DNA of 32,000 bases. It comes from Alkanindiges illinoisensis DSM 15370. GTDB taxonomy: Bacteria > Pseudomonadota > Gammaproteobacteria > Pseudomonadales > Moraxellaceae. The stretch spans positions 670,064 through 702,063 of the forward strand of contig NZ_JHUX01000003.1 in the NCBI RefSeq assembly GCF_000619845.1, written 5' to 3'. A program made the position numbers and the translations under genes. This document shows, piece by piece, positions 17,254 through 26,103 of the stretch. A model generated the notes under the pieces. It was not told the DNA's origin, did not search any database, and was given only the letters and a program-made list of their open reading frames with translations. Within the stretch, counting starts at the first letter, position 1. Every line of letters begins with the position of its first letter.

Positions 17254-18279
17254 ATGACAGCAGTATCCTGGCCTAAACGAACAATAAAGCGGTTGGCAGC
17301 CCTTGCATTGTTAGTGGTTGCAGTTGTGCTGTTTATCATGAGCCCGTTTTATGCGCGGGCTATCCTGTGGGGTCTTAACAAGATTCCGGTAACGGTCAAT
17401 CAGGTGGCTGCGGCCAGCCAGAAAGGAGATGGCCGTATCGAGGAAGTGGACCAGCCTGAACCTGGCTCACCAGAATGGCAACAACAGCAGCAGCAAATTG
17501 CTGAGCAGCAGGCGCAACAGTTATTAAAGGAATTTGACCAACAGGAAGCAGCACAAAAAGATCCGCAGCCTAAAGATTCTGCCAATGGCACAACAAGTGA
17601 GAGTACAGATAAAGCACAGAATGTTCCCAGTCTGGCAGAAACACTGGCCAAATTGCAGGACGATTATTTACAAGATAGCAGTCAGGTACAAAAACAGTCT
17701 GCAAATGCTGCTAGCAACCATACTGACAGTAATCAGCCAGCAAAACAGAATATAGCAAAGAAGTTAAATAAAAATCAGGCGCATGTCATCGTAGTGCTAG
17801 GCGGTGGACTAGGCCGTGATGCAATGCATAATATTGTGGTCAATGCTTATACTCGCATGCGTCTTGAAAAAGCAGTGCGCCAGAAGCAGCATAATCCATT
17901 ACCCATCTTGCTGAGTGGTGTAGAAGCACCGTATATGCAAAACTGGCTTAAGGCGCATCAGGTGGACGCCCGTTTGATGGAAAACCGTAGCATGAACACC
18001 TGTGAAAACACGCGCTTTAGTGCTCTGCTATTGCAAAAAAAAGGTGGTGCCCCACGTGTTGAGCTGATTACTGATGCCTATCACATGCCGCGTGCCAGAC
18101 GCCTGTTTGCCATGAATGGCATTGATACTATTCCTGTAGTGGCGCCACTACCAAATGCACCAACCCGATGGAAGCCCAGCAAAAGCAATCTGATGCATAG
18201 CCGCCGGGCAACCTATGAAGCCATTGCCAGTATCCGTGATTTATGGTTTGGTGAAACCAACTGCCGTGAGGTGCCCTGA
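17254..18279 (+). CDS. DUF218 (YdcF/ElyC-like) membrane-anchored protein with a Q-rich linker
   Basis: 341 aa. An N-terminal TM helix is followed by a ~120-aa low-complexity Q/E/S-rich spacer and then a DUF218-type domain (VIVVLGGGL...LLSGVEA...TCENTRFSA...LITDAYHMPRA). The start is 27 nt after the murB stop. Confidence 0.75.
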   Translation: MTAVSWPKRTIKRLAALALLVVAVVLFIMSPFYARAILWGLNKIPVTVNQVAAASQKGDGRIEEVDQPEPGSPEWQQQQQQIAEQQAQQLLKEFDQQEAAQKDPQPKDSANGTTSESTDKAQNVPSLAETLAKLQDDYLQDSSQVQKQSANAASNHTDSNQPAKQNIAKKLNKNQAHVIVVLGGGLGRDAMHNIVVNAYTRMRLEKAVRQKQHNPLPILLSGVEAPYMQNWLKAHQVDARLMENRSMNTCENTRFSALLLQKKGGAPRVELITDAYHMPRARRLFAMNGIDTIPVVAPLPNAPTRWKPSKSNLMHSRRATYEAIASIRDLWFGETNCREVP

Positions 18280-19322
18280 TGAATAAACCCTATCCTTTTC
18301 AGTCGCCTGCGGTATTGCGTGCAACCCAGTTGCCATTGCCGGATCGTGAGAGCACGCCGGATGCGCTGCCGTTATTAAGCATCAGCGAGCCAATGATGCT
18401 AAGTCCGGTGCTCGAAGGTTATCAAACCCTGTATGGCCTAAACAAGATTGACGCCTTGCACTGGCAAGGATACTTAAATGTGGCTCAGCATAAAACCCAT
18501 ATTCAGGTATTTCAGCCCAAGCAACAGATTCATGGCACAGTCTGGCTGATCCATGGCTATCTGGAGCATAGCGGTATTTATCAGCCGATTATTGAGGAAA
18601 TCATTGAGCAGGGTTTTAGTGTCATTACCTATGACCTGCCGGGGCATGGCTTAACGGAAGGGCCTGTGGCCAGTATTCAGGAATTTGCAGTATATCAGGC
18701 CATATTGTCTGAAATTGGCGAGTGGGCTGCACCGCATAGTGACCAGTTGCCAAAACCGTGGCTGGGCATTGGGCAAAGTACTGGTGGTGCCATCTGGATT
18801 GACCATACCCTGACAGCAGCATCCCAGCGTCGTTCGCCCATGATTGACCGTGCACTGCTATTGTCGCCACTGGTACGGCCGGCCAAAAGTGCATGGTGGC
18901 ACAACAGCGTTGGCCTGACCCTGATCAAAAAAATAAAGCGTAACGTGCCGCGCAACTTCAGGCGCAATAACCACAATCCTGAATTTTTACGCTTTGTACG
19001 GCTAACAGACCCTTTGCAACCACGGGTGATGAGCCTTGAGTGGATTCTGGCGCTGGCTAAATGGATGGTAAGAATTGAGCAGTTGCCGGCCTGCCGGATT
19101 CCAGTCTGGGTGGCACAGGGCGCCAAGGATGAAACCGTAGACTGGCGTTATAACCTTGAATTTATCCGCAAGAAGTTTCGCCTGCAAACCCTGCTGATTC
19201 TGGAAGAAGGTTCGCATCAGCTCATCAATGAACGGGCGGACATCCGTGCTGCCTTAACCGGTCTGATTCCGGCTTTCCTGCATTCCAATGAGATCAAGCG
19301 TTATTATTTTGATCCTGAATAA
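18279..19322 (+). CDS. Alpha/beta-fold hydrolase (lysophospholipase/monoglyceride lipase-like)
   Basis: 347 aa. It has an oxyanion HG (LIHGYLEHSG), the nucleophile elbow GIGQSTGG (G-x-S-x-G), and a C-terminal GSHQL block supplying a likely catalytic His. Its ATG overlaps the upstream TGA (TGATG, 18277-18281). Confidence 0.8.
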   Translation: MNKPYPFQSPAVLRATQLPLPDRESTPDALPLLSISEPMMLSPVLEGYQTLYGLNKIDALHWQGYLNVAQHKTHIQVFQPKQQIHGTVWLIHGYLEHSGIYQPIIEEIIEQGFSVITYDLPGHGLTEGPVASIQEFAVYQAILSEIGEWAAPHSDQLPKPWLGIGQSTGGAIWIDHTLTAASQRRSPMIDRALLLSPLVRPAKSAWWHNSVGLTLIKKIKRNVPRNFRRNNHNPEFLRFVRLTDPLQPRVMSLEWILALAKWMVRIEQLPACRIPVWVAQGAKDETVDWRYNLEFIRKKFRLQTLLILEEGSHQLINERADIRAALTGLIPAFLHSNEIKRYYFDPE

Positions 19323-19466
19323 AACGCCTATTTGTTCCATCTTCTAATCGCTTTAAATAAAATAATTTTTATTCAAAAGTTAAATAGAAAACAGGAATTG
19401 TACAGCCTGCATTACTCAGGCAGTCTATGATATTTCTATCTTTTTTCTTACGATTACTGCCTAACT

Positions 19467-20237
19467 ATGAAAATTGCCACATGGAATGTCAATTCACTCA
19501 ATGTCCGCGCGCCACAGGTCTTGGACTGGTTGAAAACCGAAGCCGTTGATATTTTATGCGTGCAGGAAACCAAAATAGAAGACCACAAGTTCCCCTATGA
19601 TGAATTTGCCAATATTGGCTATCAGGCGGTGCATCTGGGGCAAAAAACCTATAACGGCGTTGCAATTATTAGCAAGCATCCTATTGAAGAGGTGCAGTTT
19701 GATATTCCTGATCTGGAAGACATCCAAAAGCGGGTAGTGGCAGCAACCATTCATGGTATCCGGATTATCTGTGTGTATATCCCCAATGGGCAAAGTGTGG
19801 GTTCAGACAAATATCTGTACAAACTACAATGGTTACAAGCACTCACCGCATACCTTGAGCAGCAGTTACAGCAATATCCCAAGCTAGCCTTGCTCGGTGA
19901 CTATAATATTGCGCCCGAAGACCGCGATGTTTATGACCCGGAGCGATGGCAAGGTAGTGTGCTGGTGAGTGAACCTGAGCGGGCTGCGTTTCGGCAACTG
20001 CAAGCATTAGGTTTGCATGACAGTTTTCGCCTGTTTGAGCAGCCTGAAAAACTCTATAGCTGGTGGGATTACCGCATGGTGGCCTTTCGGCGCAATCTGG
20101 GCCTGCGTATTGACCATATTTTAATTAGTTCGGCACTGGTGCCCGCTGCAAAATCCAGCTGGATTGACCGTGCGCCGCGCAAGCTGGAACGTCCATCCGA
20201 TCATACGCCTGTCGTTTTAGAGCTGGACATTGGCTAA
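19467..20237 (+). CDS. xthA: Exodeoxyribonuclease III (AP endonuclease)
   Basis: 256 aa. It has the ExoIII/EEP family motifs WNVNS, CVQETK, GDYNIAP and SDHTPV. Confidence 0.95.
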   Translation: MKIATWNVNSLNVRAPQVLDWLKTEAVDILCVQETKIEDHKFPYDEFANIGYQAVHLGQKTYNGVAIISKHPIEEVQFDIPDLEDIQKRVVAATIHGIRIICVYIPNGQSVGSDKYLYKLQWLQALTAYLEQQLQQYPKLALLGDYNIAPEDRDVYDPERWQGSVLVSEPERAAFRQLQALGLHDSFRLFEQPEKLYSWWDYRMVAFRRNLGLRIDHILISSALVPAAKSSWIDRAPRKLERPSDHTPVVLELDIG

Positions 20238-20288
20238 ACGTCATACCCCAGTTTTTATTGAATCGTTACTAATTTCTTATGATTATTA

Positions 20289-20420
20289 GACTTCTTTCAA
20301 AAGTAAATCCAACTCGCCTTCGACCACTTCGACAAGACCTTGGCATAAGCCTGTCGAATGCTCAGTGACCGTCCTTCGACAAGCTCAGGAACCATGTCGA
20401 AACTGGACTTTTGAAAGAGA
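20289..20420. repeat. REP/MITE-like structured intergenic element
   Basis: 12-bp terminal inverted repeats, TCTTTCAAAAGT (20293-20304) and ACTTTTGAAAGA (20407-20418), bracket a GC-richer core. The core holds five TCGA-centred units (TTCGAC/GTCGAA) and two hairpins with identical 7-bp stems: TTCGACA/TGTCGAA at 20328-20334/20352-20358 and at 20375-20381/20395-20401. The element lies between convergent stop codons. Confidence 0.6.
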
Positions 20421-20421
20421 T

Positions 20422-21045
20422 CTATTGATCCAGTAAATGATTATCCTTGGGCAGGGTTTTGGCCATATATAAATGTTTGTGCTTGGAGACCAGAATCACT
20501 TCGCTGTGCAGTTCCAGCTCACCAAATTCCGGTTCAACTTCCACATAATGCAGGTGACCGTGCTGGTCACGTACCCGCGCTTGTGCACTAAAGCCGGGCC
20601 GGGCATCACCACGGCAAATGGTTGCAATCCGTCCCAGTAGCTCAGGCTGGCCAATTACCGGCATGGTGCGGTCACTATACATGAGCTGGCTCAGCCAATG
20701 ACTTAAAAAAGCGGTAAACAACAGGCTTACTAGCAACACCGGAAGAATAATCAGCCAGACCGACGCAAAGGCATCAGTCATGGCATAGCAGATAAACTGG
20801 AACAAATAGCCAAACACACCAGTGCTCAGCAAAAACAGGATAGACAGGATAAAAATAGGGAACTGATTGGCATGCAGGCGTTTAAGGATATAGACCACCA
20901 CGCGCGGCAGGTGGGCTTCAATCCAGGCAGACGGGCTAAATTTTAATGAAGTACCCAGCGTTTCGCTCAATGCCAGCAGCAGCATGCTGATTAGTGCAAG
21001 AGTAAACAGCAAGAACGGTGCTGAAAAAAAGATTGAACCTGTCAT
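20422..21045 (-). CDS. YqiJ-family (DUF1449) inner-membrane protein with a C-terminal NfeD-like OB-fold
   Basis: Several TM helices are followed by a C-terminal soluble segment (LLGRIATICRGDARPGFSAQARVRDQHGHLHYVEVEPEFGELE). This segment aligns with my recollection of the E. coli YqiJ C-terminus ([21 protein letters not shown]). I place the start at ATG 21045, preceded by GAGGA (21051-21055 on the - strand), rather than at the GTG at 21066. Confidence 0.7.
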   Translation of the reverse strand: MTGSIFFSAPFLLFTLALISMLLLALSETLGTSLKFSPSAWIEAHLPRVVVYILKRLHANQFPIFILSILFLLSTGVFGYLFQFICYAMTDAFASVWLIILPVLLVSLLFTAFLSHWLSQLMYSDRTMPVIGQPELLGRIATICRGDARPGFSAQARVRDQHGHLHYVEVEPEFGELELHSEVILVSKHKHLYMAKTLPKDNHLLDQ

Positions 21046-21122
21046 GGCTGTCCTCGCCAAATTCACCAGCTTTATTCCCCATCATTAACCCATGACTGGT
21101 TTGTAAAAGCTGGTCTATGTCC

Positions 21123-21455
21123 TTATTCAACCAGATAAATGCCACCATCGGAATGGACACTGATTTCTACCGGCGTTAGATGATCGCCCTGACATGGGCC
21201 AAAAATACAGGCTCCATCTTCAACCTGAAATAGTGCCCCATGCGTGGAACAAATAATGTATTCACGATCCATATCCAGAAACTGGTTTTCCTGATATTCC
21301 AGCTCTGTGCCCAGATGCGGACAATTATTAAGATAAGCATAAAATGCCCCATCACGCTGGGTAATAAAGATTGGGCCTTTATCGGTATCAAAGCCGCGGG
21401 CCTCACGTTCCGGAATATCTTCAGTATTACACAGTCGTTGCATGATGGGTTGCAT
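21123..21455 (-). CDS. Small Rieske [2Fe-2S] domain protein
   Basis: 110 aa. It has the two Rieske cluster-binding boxes, CPHLG (C-x-H) and CSTHGALF (C-x-x-H), with appropriate spacing. Confidence 0.85.
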   Translation of the reverse strand: MQPIMQRLCNTEDIPEREARGFDTDKGPIFITQRDGAFYAYLNNCPHLGTELEYQENQFLDMDREYIICSTHGALFQVEDGACIFGPCQGDHLTPVEISVHSDGGIYLVE

Positions 21456-21516
21456 GGGTCACACCTTTGCGAAAACTTTAAAACACTTAACGATGGGAAA
21501 ATTAACCCACAGTAAA

Positions 21517-22533
21517 TTAAATAGCAGCTAAATCACTGGCAAATGAACCAGCTTGCAAAATAGCCTGATATTGTTCAACGGACAGGCGTGGCCCATACTG
21601 GCTCACCACTTTGGACGCAGTTGCAGCAGCTAGCTTTCCACAATTTTCCAGTGTATAGCCTTTATTCAGGCCATATAAAAATGCACCGGCAAAGGCATCT
21701 CCAGCACCCAGTGTATCAATGGCATTGCAGGGCACTGCTTCAATGGTCAGACGTTTGCCAGAACGTGTTGCAATAATGGCGCCCTGTTCACTACGGGTGA
21801 TAATGACAATATTGCCAAGATTCAGCAAAGCAGCAACCGTATCGTCCAGTTGCTCAGTCCCGGTATACATGCGGGCTTCATGCTCATTACAAAACAGGAT
21901 GTCTACCCCGTCAGCGATCAGGTCATCAAGACCTTCACGGGCATATTGCACCATGGCTGGATCAGACAAGGTAATTGCTGTTGCAATATTACTGTCTTTG
22001 GCAATTTCACGGGCATGTTTAACCGCCAAACGTGCCGTAGGACTGGTGGCCAAATAGCCTTCAATATATAAATATTTGGCTGTTTTTAAGGGTTCAAAAT
22101 CAATCTGCGCAGCACTTAATTCGGCGGTAATCCCCAGATAGGTTTGCATGGTGCGCTCACTATCCGGCGTTACCAGTACCACGCAAGTGCCAGTTTCGCC
22201 TTCACTCATTGAGCTGCTGGAAGTCTGCACATTCGCCTGACTTAAGCCATTGAGGTAAAACCGGCCAAAATCATCGTTGCCTACACGGCAGGCATAAAAC
22301 GCTGATCCACCCATTGCAGTAAATGCCACAGTAGAGTTGGCTGCCGAGCCACCACTGGCCTGTTCCTGCGCATGATGATTCTGATTTAAGTGGGCTAGTA
22401 ATTGCTGCTGGGCAGTTTGCTCAGCCAGTTGCATGGTGCCTTTGAGCAGTTGATGCTGTTGTAAAAACTGATCATCTACACTGTATTCCAGATCAACCAG
22501 CGCATTTCCAATAACATACAAATCAACTGACAT
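21517..22533 (-). CDS. PfkB-family carbohydrate/nucleoside kinase (adenosine kinase-like)
   Basis: 338 aa. It has the N-terminal GGSAANS block and the C-terminal PfkB signature DTLGAGDAFAGAFLYG. Confidence 0.85.
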   Translation of the reverse strand: MSVDLYVIGNALVDLEYSVDDQFLQQHQLLKGTMQLAEQTAQQQLLAHLNQNHHAQEQASGGSAANSTVAFTAMGGSAFYACRVGNDDFGRFYLNGLSQANVQTSSSSMSEGETGTCVVLVTPDSERTMQTYLGITAELSAAQIDFEPLKTAKYLYIEGYLATSPTARLAVKHAREIAKDSNIATAITLSDPAMVQYAREGLDDLIADGVDILFCNEHEARMYTGTEQLDDTVAALLNLGNIVIITRSEQGAIIATRSGKRLTIEAVPCNAIDTLGAGDAFAGAFLYGLNKGYTLENCGKLAAATASKVVSQYGPRLSVEQYQAILQAGSFASDLAAI

Positions 22534-22918
22534 AAGCGTTATTCCCTTTTTTCCTGTGTTTCACTGACCCGTATTTCACTAAGTAAGCTGCCTAACCTGA
22601 TTATAGTAACCGGCTACAGTAACAGGTGGTTTAAAGAGGCAAAGATTATCATGCATTTAGATAGATAAATATATTTTTGCCTTGAAATTTCTGCACCTCA
22701 GCTTAACTTAAACTAATGCCCGGCCTGTTTTAGCATGAATGATTTTATTCATGGCAATTTTGCTGATATTTCATAAATCAGGTTGGTCAAATCGGTACAG
22801 GATGCAGCATCATTGCTGATTAGCTGATATTCTTGACAAAATATTCGTTCTACCATTATCTGGCCTTATATGAGGTTATTCTGCAATTAAGCCGGATAAG
22901 TTAAAAATTGGAGTTTGC

Positions 22919-25861
22919 ATGACTGCCGCGTTTTCAATCACTGATAAAAATCGGGTTCATCCTGCGTTTGAGTTAATCAACCAGCATTATATTCCTGCGC
23001 TGTCGGCCGAATTTTTACAGTACCGTCACCGGGCAACCGGCGCGCTGCACTACCATCTGGCAGCCGATAATGATGAAAACGTATTTCTGGTGGCATTTAG
23101 AACCCAGCCCATGGATTCGCGTGGGGTGGCACATATTCTGGAGCACACCGCGCTGTGCGGCTCGCAAAAATATCCGGTGCGTGATCCATTCTTTTCCATG
23201 ATCCGCCGTTCACTCAATACTTTTATGAATGCCTTTACCGCAGCCGACTGGACAGCCTATCCGTTTGCTACCCAGAACAAGACCGATTTTTATAACCTGT
23301 TGTCGGTGTATCTGGATGCGGCATTTTTTGCCAATTTAAATGAGCTGGACTTTGCGCAGGAAGGCATCCGCATTGAGCTGGAAAATGACAAACCAGTGTA
23401 TAAAGGCATTGTGTTTAATGAAATGAAAGGCGCGATGAGCTCGCCATCCGACCAGCTTTATCATACGCTGGCGCATTATTTATATCCAGAAACCACCTAT
23501 CACTATAATTCTGGCGGTAATCCAGCCGATATTCCTGATTTGTCGCATCAGGATCTAATTGATTTTTACAAGTCGCATTATCATCCGTCCAATGCGGTTT
23601 TCATGAGCTTTGGTAACTTGCCACCCGTTGAGCTGCAAACTGCATTTGAAGAGCAGGCACTGAAAAACTTCGGCAAAGGCGAAACGCTCAAATCAGTACC
23701 GGAACAACGCCTGACAGCACCTGTTCAGGTTGAGGATGTGTATGCAGTCGATAGCGAGGAACTGGCCAAAAAAACCTATATCCAGTTTGCATGGCTGCTA
23801 CCACCCAGCACCGATATTAAAACCCGTCTGGCCTTGCGCCTGATGGAAGGCGTGCTGATGGAACATTCAGCCTCACCACTGCGCCAGTATCTGGAAACCT
23901 GTGGTCTGGGTGAATCCACCTCACCCATTATGGGACTGGATGACAGCAATTTTGAAATGACCTTTTTCTGTGGGTTGCAGGGCAGTGAAGCCGACAAAGC
24001 CGATGAACTGGAAGCCGGAATTTTCAAGGTATTGCAAGAGGTGGTAAGCAATCCAATTGACAGTAACCAGATTGAAGCGGTGCTGCACCAGATTGAGTTG
24101 CACCAACGTGAAATCAGTGGTGACGGCATGCCTTATGGGTTGACTTTGCTATTAAATGGACTGGGCAGTGCTATTCATGGAGCTGATCCTCTGGATGTAT
24201 GGCAGATTGAGCCACACCTGGCTGAACTGCGTGAACAGCTAAAAGATCCAGCGTGGCTGCCGCAACTCATCCAGCAATACCTGATTGATAATCCGCATCG
24301 CGTGCGCCTGACTTTAAGCCCTGATCCGCAAAAAAGTGCCCGTGATCAGGCCGCTGAGCAGGCCAGACTGGATGCCATTGCCCAGCAACTGGATGATGAC
24401 AAGCGCCAGCAATTGATTGAACAGGCTAAATTGCTGGAAGTTCGGCAGGCTCAGGAAGATGATTTGTCCCTGTTGCCCAAAGTTGGGTTGGCTGATATTC
24501 CGGCAGAGCTTCATATTGTAGAAGGACAAACCACCAGCCTAAATCTGGCAGGGCAGGCTGCACCGTTTTACCAGTATGCGGCAGGAACCAACGGCTTGTA
24601 TTACCAGCAGGTGCTCATCCAGATTCCTGATGACGTGTTGCAATCGCCTTTATTGGGAATTTATACCTCGCTGGTGGGTGAACTTGGTGCAAGTGAGATG
24701 AGTTATCTTGATATTCAGCAGGCTCAGGCGCTGGTCAGTGGTGGCTTGCATCTGGGCGCCAGTTTCCGTTCTGATATTCAGGATAGCGACAAGACCAGCA
24801 GTTATCTGGTATTGGCCACCAAGGCACTCAATGAGAAAACTGAAGCGCTGGGCCTGCTGAAAACAGCGTTTGAACAGCTGCGTTTTGATGAAAAAGACCG
24901 CATTTTAGAGCTACTGCAACAACGTAAGGCACGCTGGCAGTCGCGTCTGTCTGGTGCTGGTCATAGCTATGCGCTGCAAACAGCGTCGCGTCACATGAGT
25001 GCGCTGGCCCGCCGGGATTATTACAATGCGGGTTTACCTGCATTAGTGTGGCTCAAAAATCTGGTGCAAAACATCGAGCAGGACGATGTTGCGTTAAACC
25101 AATTGATTGCTGATTTGCAACAGTTGCATGAGCGGGTACTTAGCCTGCCCAAGCAATTCCTGCTGGTGGCTGAACAGGAAAAAATGGCAAGTCTCAGTGA
25201 GCAACTGGCACAGGTATGGCAGCAAAGCAATAATGAATTATCTAACCAAACCCAGGCTCTGGAGGTTGCGGAACATCCGGTTGAAAATAGCGATATTGCG
25301 TGGCTGATTCAGGCCAATGTCCAGTTCTGTGCCGCAGCGTATCCGGCTGTACCGGTCAATCATCCGGATGCCTGTCCCTTGATGGTACTTGGCCCGTACC
25401 TGAAAAATGGCTTCCTGCACCGGGCATTACGTGAGCAGGGCGGTGCCTACGGTGGTGGTGCAAGCTATGATGGCAATGCTTGTGCGTTCCGTTTCCATAG
25501 CTACCGTGATCCGCGTTTAAGTGAAACCTTTAAGGATTTTGCAGGCAGCATTGACTGGTTGCTGAATGAAAAACAGGAGCCACATCAACTGGAAGAAGCG
25601 ATTATGGGCCTGATTGCCAGTATGGATAAGCCGGGATCACCGGCTGGCGAAGCAATTACGGCCTGTCATGCTATGCTGCATGGCCGTACGCCGGAGTTTA
25701 GACAGCAAATGCGCAGCAAGTTGCTGGAGGTCACACTGGATGACCTTAAACGGGTAGCAAGGCAGTATATTCAGTCTAAAACCCCGGTTCGAGCCGTGGT
25801 GGCACCTTATGCCAAGTCTAGCGAACTGCAAGAGTTAAACTTTAAAGTAGAACAAATCTAG
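22919..25861 (+). CDS. M16C (PreP/insulinase-family) zinc metalloprotease
   Basis: 980 aa. It has the inverted zinc-binding motif HILEH (HxxEH) near residue 72 with a downstream Glu (NEMKGA region). The length and four-domain organisation are typical of presequence-protease-like M16C enzymes. Confidence 0.9.
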   Translation: MTAAFSITDKNRVHPAFELINQHYIPALSAEFLQYRHRATGALHYHLAADNDENVFLVAFRTQPMDSRGVAHILEHTALCGSQKYPVRDPFFSMIRRSLNTFMNAFTAADWTAYPFATQNKTDFYNLLSVYLDAAFFANLNELDFAQEGIRIELENDKPVYKGIVFNEMKGAMSSPSDQLYHTLAHYLYPETTYHYNSGGNPADIPDLSHQDLIDFYKSHYHPSNAVFMSFGNLPPVELQTAFEEQALKNFGKGETLKSVPEQRLTAPVQVEDVYAVDSEELAKKTYIQFAWLLPPSTDIKTRLALRLMEGVLMEHSASPLRQYLETCGLGESTSPIMGLDDSNFEMTFFCGLQGSEADKADELEAGIFKVLQEVVSNPIDSNQIEAVLHQIELHQREISGDGMPYGLTLLLNGLGSAIHGADPLDVWQIEPHLAELREQLKDPAWLPQLIQQYLIDNPHRVRLTLSPDPQKSARDQAAEQARLDAIAQQLDDDKRQQLIEQAKLLEVRQAQEDDLSLLPKVGLADIPAELHIVEGQTTSLNLAGQAAPFYQYAAGTNGLYYQQVLIQIPDDVLQSPLLGIYTSLVGELGASEMSYLDIQQAQALVSGGLHLGASFRSDIQDSDKTSSYLVLATKALNEKTEALGLLKTAFEQLRFDEKDRILELLQQRKARWQSRLSGAGHSYALQTASRHMSALARRDYYNAGLPALVWLKNLVQNIEQDDVALNQLIADLQQLHERVLSLPKQFLLVAEQEKMASLSEQLAQVWQQSNNELSNQTQALEVAEHPVENSDIAWLIQANVQFCAAAYPAVPVNHPDACPLMVLGPYLKNGFLHRALREQGGAYGGGASYDGNACAFRFHSYRDPRLSETFKDFAGSIDWLLNEKQEPHQLEEAIMGLIASMDKPGSPAGEAITACHAMLHGRTPEFRQQMRSKLLEVTLDDLKRVARQYIQSKTPVRAVVAPYAKSSELQELNFKVEQI

Positions 25862-25901
25862 GAAATTCTTTCTAGAAAATCCTTCTGGCTGAATATTTTA
25901 C

Positions 25902-25945
25902 ATGAACCTTGTGAATGCAAAAAATTCATAAGGTTCATTTATTTG
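25902..25945 (+). terminator. Rho-independent terminator after the M16 protease gene
   Basis: A 15-bp stem, ATGAACCTTGTGAAT (25902-25916) pairing with ATTCATAAGGTTCAT (25924-25938, one G-U pair), has the loop GCAAAAA and is followed by a TTATTTG T-rich tail. Confidence 0.7.
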
Positions 25946-26103
25946 TGCATTGTAATAAAAATTTTGTCATATTCAGAATGGATTAGAATAAAGGACTTTG
26001 CTTTTTCATCTCAGGGTTAGTGCTTTTTTGCAAATGCCTGTTTATGCTATGGCCATCCGATAATGGCCTGTTTTTCATGTTTAAATCCATTCAAGCTTCT
26101 AAA

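Noticed and set aside
18695-19126. A 143-aa minus-strand ORF overlapping the alpha/beta hydrolase gene.
   Set aside because: It is an antisense shadow. The plus-strand gene has the G-x-S-x-G elbow and translational coupling to its upstream partner.
25786-25795. GGTTCGAGCC, a tRNA T-arm-like sequence.
   Set aside because: It lies inside the M16 protease CDS (encoding ...PVRAV...). There is no flanking acceptor or anticodon stem complementarity, so it is not a tRNA.
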